Of a stretch of DNA of 64,000 nt, positions 59,497 through 64,000 are shown piece by piece. Positions within the stretch are counted from its first letter, which is position 1, and every line of letters begins with the position of its first letter. The stretch lies in the IMG/VR virus record IMGVR_UViG_3300029362_000001, positions 1-64,000 of that record; one strand, written 5' to 3'. Source of the DNA: a virus. A program made the translations under genes and the position numbers. The notes under the pieces are model-generated. The model saw only the letters and a list, made by a program, of their open reading frames with translations, was not told the origin of the DNA and did no database searches.

Positions 59497-59825
59497 ATTG
59501 ATGTTGTTTTAGTGCAAAGATATGGTTTTTCATCATACGTTCAAAGAAGAAAATGCACGGCCTTGTATCCGGTTTGAGAGAAATAGGATACAAGGTTTTT
59601 TGTTTTATGACGGTTTGGATAAGAGACGGGAAAACGGTTCTGAACGTAACCGCCTGACCTTCAGGGGTGGGACAACAAATCTTGAATTAAAACTACGCCT
59701 ATGAATAGTCTCCGTTTTCCTTAATATTAAGACCATTTTCAATGATCTTACCCATTATATCATTTATATTATTTTATATACTTTACCATTTATTCATATA
59801 ATTGTTTACAGTGAATGAACTTAAC

Positions 59826-59985
59826 GACCGAAGGGAGTTAAGTGAGTGAACGGATTGACAAATTACTTTTTCCGTCATTGTATTGTTAGCCTAATTGTGT
59901 TAAAAGATTGAGTATCGTGACCGAAGGGAACGATGCGAAAGAACATATAATATTTAAAAACGACTGAACCTATCGACTGAAGGGA
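59826..59985. repeat. Three direct copies of GAC(C/T)GAAGGGA (about 59826, 59928, 59975) within a 650-bp non-coding region, plus an inverted core copy (ACCTTCGGT) at about 60182
   Basis: Read directly; the spacing is about 100 and about 47 bp. Confidence 0.55.
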
Positions 59986-60055
59986 GATAGGTGATGGAGT
60001 GACGTTAATAATTATATTAGGTAGCCAGTGGAGAATTAGGCAGGTTTGTAGGCGA

Positions 60056-60075
60056 GACGGGCGTCCATGCCCGTC
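60056..60075. promoter_or_regulatory. GC-rich hairpin GACGGGC-gtccat-GCCCGTC
   Basis: 7-bp perfect stem; no T-run on either strand. Confidence 0.4.
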
Positions 60076-60153
60076 AGGACAGTAGAGGTACGTAGGTCTG
60101 TTCTGTTAAACCAAGGCGATGATAGTTCCATCCTTCACGAAATTGCACAAAAA

Positions 60154-60219
60154 AGCCGGATTATCTTGATATCGTTCTTCAACCTTCGGTATCCGTGTAA
60201 CGAGTCTCAAATCCGGCTT
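60154..60219 (-). terminator. Long-range inverted repeat AGCCGGATT ... AATCCGGCT followed by a T5 run on the minus strand; terminator of the 806-aa gene
   Basis: 9-bp arms about 48 nt apart; on the - strand the structure is followed by tttttgtgc. Confidence 0.4.
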
Positions 60220-60254
60220 CGATTTATTAATGAAGAAAAAAAATACCTCTTGTT

Positions 60255-62675
60255 CTAATTTTCGGTGACGCCTTTAATGCGAAGCTGTATATTGGGAAGC
60301 ACGGCATTAATCAAAGCCATTTTCTTATCCTCTTCGCTTTCTTTTTCATGCTGTCTATACATCATGCTGTAATCACTGTCATCACCATCCTTTTTCCCGT
60401 CTAACGTCAGTAAATGATTTATGATGTCCTTACCATACGTTTCAGTCCATGTACGGAATCTCTCTTCCTCGGACTGTCTCTCCCGGGACGGAGCTTCCGG
60501 GTTAGGGAGGGCGGCTGCCACTTCTACCTCTGGAAGTGTTACCGATGCTGCTATTTCTCCATCATCTCCGAATCCCATTTGACCATACGAAGATACGGAA
60601 TTTTCTTCAATATCCAAACCAAGATTTTTAGCAACTTCCATAGCATAGTTATAACGGTCATCGTTTCGTATCACACTTTTATGAGGGCGTCCTGCCCCTT
60701 GGTTCCAAGCTACTACAGCATCCTTAAGGTTATCGGCGTTCATAAAATCCTGCCGGCTGTAGTTGTAATACCCTGGTCCTTTTTTTCCTTTTCTTGTGTA
60801 TAAGAAATTAGAATATCCGGTTTTCCCTTCGTATTCGTCAGCTAAGAACTCAAGTTGGTCTTTGAATGTTGGTGTAGAATGACCTTTCTTTTTGGCGTGC
60901 TTGAATAGCTTATCCATGCGCTCATTATGCCATTGCTGTATGCCGTATGATGTTCTGTTGTCTCCGTATATGTCATCTTTAAGACCGGATTCAGCCATGA
61001 GATTACCTATGATAGCAAGCGCCTGTATCTTAGACATGCCTCTTTTATTAGTAAAATATTCATATGCTTCACGCTGTTTACCAACCACGCCACCTTCTTT
61101 CTTGATATTGGTATTGTATCTCTTTCCATTCCACGTAAATTCCTTAAGACCTCTTTTCCTGGCTTCTTTAAAGGCTTCGCCTCTTGTAGTGGAAATCGGG
61201 TCTTGTAATTCAAGATCGTTTTTTATACCAAGAATGGCATTAATAATATTATCATCCTTTTTATCATCATCATCTAATTTATCAACATTATTCGAAACGT
61301 AAGATTGGCTTATTAAATTTGATACGCTTTTTCTATTTTTATAAGTTCCTTCTTTATCTGATGGAGCTTCAAAAGCATACACAAGTGGATACGAATAATC
61401 CGTATCTGGATCTTCTGACATAAATTCGCTTACTGCATGAATGGCTTTATTGTATTTAGTATCCTTTATACTATACATCCCAGCATCTTGAACATGATCA
61501 TAAAATCTGTCTATCATGTAATTGATATATCCACGCTTATCCCCCTTAAATCGCTCTTTATCTTTCTCAAACTCTTTGGGTGGATATCTTTTATCGGATT
61601 CTTGGAAAAGTCCCTTAAACCCTCCATAATCAGATACGGCATAGGGATTACCACCAGATTCTTCAATAATATTTCCAAGTACGGCTTCTATCTGGCGTTG
61701 ATTGAAACCTTTATCATATAAAGCATCATAGATCATATTCATTCCATCTACGTCCATAGTGCGGTGCGTACCCTTACCCACGCGCTTCATATTTTCATAT
61801 TTGGATTTGAATAAATCCCAATCTATTTCCGGCTTAGAAGAATCCCCTCCTTGTTTTTTAGATCTTATCTTCATTTTTTTATCCAGATCATTCTTGGAAT
61901 CAATGGCGGATTTCAACAAAACCTTGTTTGGATCATTCTCTTCATATGGATTCTTATCTTCTACATAATCCAGAATATCAAACGGGTATCCTATTGTATC
62001 AAGAATCTTAGTAACAATCCCTACACCAAGAGGTTGATCGCTTCTATAAAAATCATACTTATCTTTTACGACCATCCTACCTCTATCATCACGGTACATA
62101 GTGAAACTTGATAAGCCTGATAAATCATTTAAATCGCCGTAAGCATCTGGTATAAAATTGTATTCGTTAAATACCTGATGTTCTCCAGTTCTGGCTTTTT
62201 TTAAGAGATCTATTCCCTCTTCCACCATTCCAAGTTTCCTACTTGTTACATCCCTTAACTCCTCCAAATCAGATACGTCCTTGCCTGCAACTTTTCCATC
62301 AATTATCTTATTATCTAAGGAATCAAGCTCCCTTCCATATTTTTTAGTCATTTTCTCCCACCCACCATTTATCCTGTCAGATATAATGGATTTGATATTG
62401 TCTGGTATTCTGACAATCCCATTTTCTTCTTTCAGATTATTTGGTTGGTTTAAGAATCTAAACCAAAGATTCTGACTAAAATCATCTACATTGGCTTTCG
62501 GAACATCTTGACCAAAAAATTCCATTATTTTGGTTTTTAATCCTCTTTCATCAGCATACACGTCAGGTGTTATATTAGATGCCAGATATTCTCTAAGTTT
62601 TACAAACGGACCAATTTTACTCCATAATGTTTTTGGTTGTTTGTCTCTTACATAATTTTTAGTCTTCTTTGCCAT
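60255..62675 (-). CDS. Large protein (806 aa) with two lytic-transglycosylase (SLT/lysozyme-like) domains; probable virion-associated peptidoglycan hydrolase
   Basis: EESGGNPYAVSDYGGFKGLFQ and AESGLKDDIYGDNRTSYGIQQW match the SLT catalytic Glu-Ser ... GLMQ pattern twice; gaggaag SD. Confidence 0.6.
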   Translation of the reverse strand: MAKKTKNYVRDKQPKTLWSKIGPFVKLREYLASNITPDVYADERGLKTKIMEFFGQDVPKANVDDFSQNLWFRFLNQPNNLKEENGIVRIPDNIKSIISDRINGGWEKMTKKYGRELDSLDNKIIDGKVAGKDVSDLEELRDVTSRKLGMVEEGIDLLKKARTGEHQVFNEYNFIPDAYGDLNDLSGLSSFTMYRDDRGRMVVKDKYDFYRSDQPLGVGIVTKILDTIGYPFDILDYVEDKNPYEENDPNKVLLKSAIDSKNDLDKKMKIRSKKQGGDSSKPEIDWDLFKSKYENMKRVGKGTHRTMDVDGMNMIYDALYDKGFNQRQIEAVLGNIIEESGGNPYAVSDYGGFKGLFQESDKRYPPKEFEKDKERFKGDKRGYINYMIDRFYDHVQDAGMYSIKDTKYNKAIHAVSEFMSEDPDTDYSYPLVYAFEAPSDKEGTYKNRKSVSNLISQSYVSNNVDKLDDDDKKDDNIINAILGIKNDLELQDPISTTRGEAFKEARKRGLKEFTWNGKRYNTNIKKEGGVVGKQREAYEYFTNKRGMSKIQALAIIGNLMAESGLKDDIYGDNRTSYGIQQWHNERMDKLFKHAKKKGHSTPTFKDQLEFLADEYEGKTGYSNFLYTRKGKKGPGYYNYSRQDFMNADNLKDAVVAWNQGAGRPHKSVIRNDDRYNYAMEVAKNLGLDIEENSVSSYGQMGFGDDGEIAASVTLPEVEVAAALPNPEAPSRERQSEEERFRTWTETYGKDIINHLLTLDGKKDGDDSDYSMMYRQHEKESEEDKKMALINAVLPNIQLRIKGVTEN

Positions 62676-63078
62676 TTTTTTCTTCCTCTAAGAATCCAAA
62701 CATTTCACCTGCGCAGTTACCAACAAATCCAGCTATGTAAGCTGCGTGTTCATCTTCTCCCACCTTAAAACCAAGAGACATATTACAATGTTGGCATACC
62801 GACATAGCTGCATGAAATGATTCATGACATATGTTTTGTATAGTCATATCATTCTCACTTTGAAAATTCCATAATAACTTAAAAGCTCTATCATCTCCCT
62901 TATCACGAACAAGATTCATAAAAGAGACTTCTGAATCTAAATCGCCTTCATCTCCCCATTCTCCTTCATGATCCAATTCTGCATTCTCAAAACGATCACA
63001 CAATGTTTTGTAATCTAACCCTATGGTGATAATCAACTTTAGTGGATATATCACAAAATCAAATTCTTTTTCTTTCAT
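62659..63078 (-). CDS. Small HExxH-motif protein (139 aa); putative zinc metallopeptidase-like
   Basis: The sequence CHESFHAAM gives HEXXH; strong aaggagga SD; overlaps the start of the 806-aa gene. Confidence 0.45.
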   Translation of the reverse strand: MKEKEFDFVIYPLKLIITIGLDYKTLCDRFENAELDHEGEWGDEGDLDSEVSFMNLVRDKGDDRAFKLLWNFQSENDMTIQNICHESFHAAMSVCQHCNMSLGFKVGEDEHAAYIAGFVGNCAGEMFGFLEEEKNGKED

Positions 63079-63194
63079 TTTTCTTCCTCCTTCTTAAATT
63101 TGTGGTAAGCATCACAAACCTTGTCAACTAACCATCCCATCAGATAGGCGGCATGCTCATCTTCTCCGGCGTAAAAACTGTAATTTATGATTAT
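63075..63194 (-). pseudogene. Truncated 3' fragment (39 codons, no start codon) of a paralogue of the adjacent HExxH gene: ... FYAGEDEHAAYLMGWLVDKVCDAYHKFKKEEEK*
   Basis: The translated fragment aligns with the C-terminus of the 139-aa protein (FKVGEDEHAAYIAGFVGNCAGEMFGFLEEE). It is preceded by an in-frame stop, and its own stop overlaps the ATG at 63078. Confidence 0.5.
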
Positions 63195-63207
63195 TTAACC
63201 AATAAAA

Positions 63208-63228
63208 CCACCATACTTTAGAAGGTGG
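63208..63228. mobile_element. Subterminal hairpin CCACC-atactttagaa-GGTGG, about 45 nt upstream of the second tnpB; candidate IS200/IS605-family left-end structure. It is bracketed by a 9-bp inverted repeat CTGTAATTT ... AAATTACAG
   Basis: Read directly; lies exactly where the homology of the truncated paralogue ends. Confidence 0.4.
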
Positions 63229-63271
63229 ATGAATTGGTTTGATTAATTTTGAATCAAAATTACAGATAAAA

Positions 63272-64000
63272 ATGATTTCATACAAATACAACATATACCA
63301 TTCAAAGAAAACGAAATATCTCGATAAGATGCTTCGTGAGTGTTGTTTTGTATGGAATCATGCGTTAGCTTTACAGAGAAGGTATTATGGGATGTTTGGG
63401 AAATACATACCGGTTGGTAAGATGAAGAAACATTTTACCAAAAGAATTAAAAGAAATCTTCTTCATTCCCAAACAACACAAGAGATACTTGAACGTCTTG
63501 ACGAATCTTATAATCGTTTCTTTAAGAAATTAGCCAAACGACCATCTGAGTTTAAATCACCAGAGAAATTCAATTCTTTTGTATTCAAACAAGGCGGCTT
63601 TACTTTGAATGGTAATTGTCTAACAATCAACAAAGGAAAGAAACGATTTAGATTCTCATACAGTAGGGCGTACAAAGGCAACATTAAACAAATAAGGATA
63701 GTAAGAGAGACCTGCTCACGTTTCAGTTTGATTATAGTTGCAGATTATAATCCTTTTTCATCCAACAGAAAGACACATGATGGTGCATCTGTTGGATTGG
63801 ATTTTGGGCTGAAAACTTATCTTACTGCAAGTGACGGTAGCAAAATCGATTCTCCATTATTCTTCAAACAATATCAAAACAAGATCAAGAAATGCAATAG
63901 ATGTATTTCGAGATCGAAAATTGGATCTAATAATAGAAAAAGGAGACGTTTTGAACTTCAACAAACGTACAGGGAAATTGAAAATCTACGTAATGATTTC
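63272..64000 (+). CDS. tnpB: TnpB (IS200/IS605 OrfB) N-terminal 243 aa, partial because it runs off the window end; not in the ORF track because it has no stop in the window
   Basis: Translation MISYKYNIYHSKKTKYLDKMLRECCFVWNHALALQRRYY ... ASVGLDFGLKTYLTASDG shows the canonical TnpB N-terminal fold motifs and the RuvC-I GLDFG Asp. Confidence 0.75.
   Translation, partial: MISYKYNIYHSKKTKYLDKMLRECCFVWNHALALQRRYYGMFGKYIPVGKMKKHFTKRIKRNLLHSQTTQEILERLDESYNRFFKKLAKRPSEFKSPEKFNSFVFKQGGFTLNGNCLTINKGKKRFRFSYSRAYKGNIKQIRIVRETCSRFSLIIVADYNPFSSNRKTHDGASVGLDFGLKTYLTASDGSKIDSPLFFKQYQNKIKKCNRCISRSKIGSNNRKRRRFELQQTYREIENLRNDF

Noticed and set aside
31430-62475. Numerous + strand ORFs of 60-190 aa overlapping the giant - strand genes (for example 39985..40536, 41195..41770, 41760..42479)
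   Set aside because: They overlap long, well-supported antisense ORFs and show low-complexity composition. They are typical antisense artefacts.
1-64000. CRISPR array
   Set aside because: The only regular repeats are a contiguous 21-bp tandem array without spacers and 11-bp GACYGAAGGGA motifs. Neither has CRISPR repeat-spacer architecture and no cas genes are present.
1-64000. Integrase, excisionase or reverse transcriptase (DGR or retron)
   Set aside because: No tyrosine or serine recombinase motifs and no YxDD RT motif were seen in any long ORF. The GC-rich islands were checked by eye for template and variable repeat-like pairs, and none were found.

Overview
This 64 kb window is AT-rich and reads like part of a large tailed-phage (Caudoviricetes) genome. 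Many genes have strong AGGAGG-type Shine-Dalgarno sites, which points to an SD-using host and argues against a crAss-like Bacteroidetes phage.

The window has two convergent modules. The first (1 to about 30.9 kb, + strand) is a dense run of overlapping, mostly small ORFs. Recognisable products are a zinc-finger/TOPRIM-like primase, a DnaB-like SF4 helicase, an SF2 (DEAH/type III res-like) helicase, a Cas4/RecB-like PD-(D/E)XK nuclease with a 4-Cys cluster, a KilA-N protein, and an acyl-carrier-protein homologue followed by an NfeD-like membrane protein and an SPFH/flotillin-like protein. Also present are a Walker-A ATPase fragment, a dNTP-pyrophosphohydrolase-like protein, a DUF1566-like domain protein, and a TnpB-like (IS200/IS605 OrfB) protein whose zinc finger and RuvC-II glutamate appear degenerate. 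The second module (31.0 to 63.1 kb, - strand) follows a bidirectional hairpin terminator near 30.9 kb. It holds giant ORFs (2140, 2136, 1007, 952, 806 and 752 aa) that are probably virion, ejected or structural proteins. One of them (806 aa) carries two lytic-transglycosylase (SLT) motifs. Between the giant genes sits an island of small charged or Cys-rich proteins and three unusually long non-coding regions rich in repeats and palindromes.

The window starts inside a 21-bp tandem repeat array. Two paralogous tRNA-like (T-arm plus acceptor-like) elements lie in intergenic regions at 0.8 and 2.0 kb. At the right edge a second, canonical tnpB runs off the window; it is preceded by an IS-end-like hairpin and by the truncated 3' fragment of a paralogue of the adjacent HExxH gene.

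All calls are from reading the sequence and the ORF track. No database searches or RNA-folding tools were run. Coordinates of non-ORF elements may be off by 1 to 3 nt.
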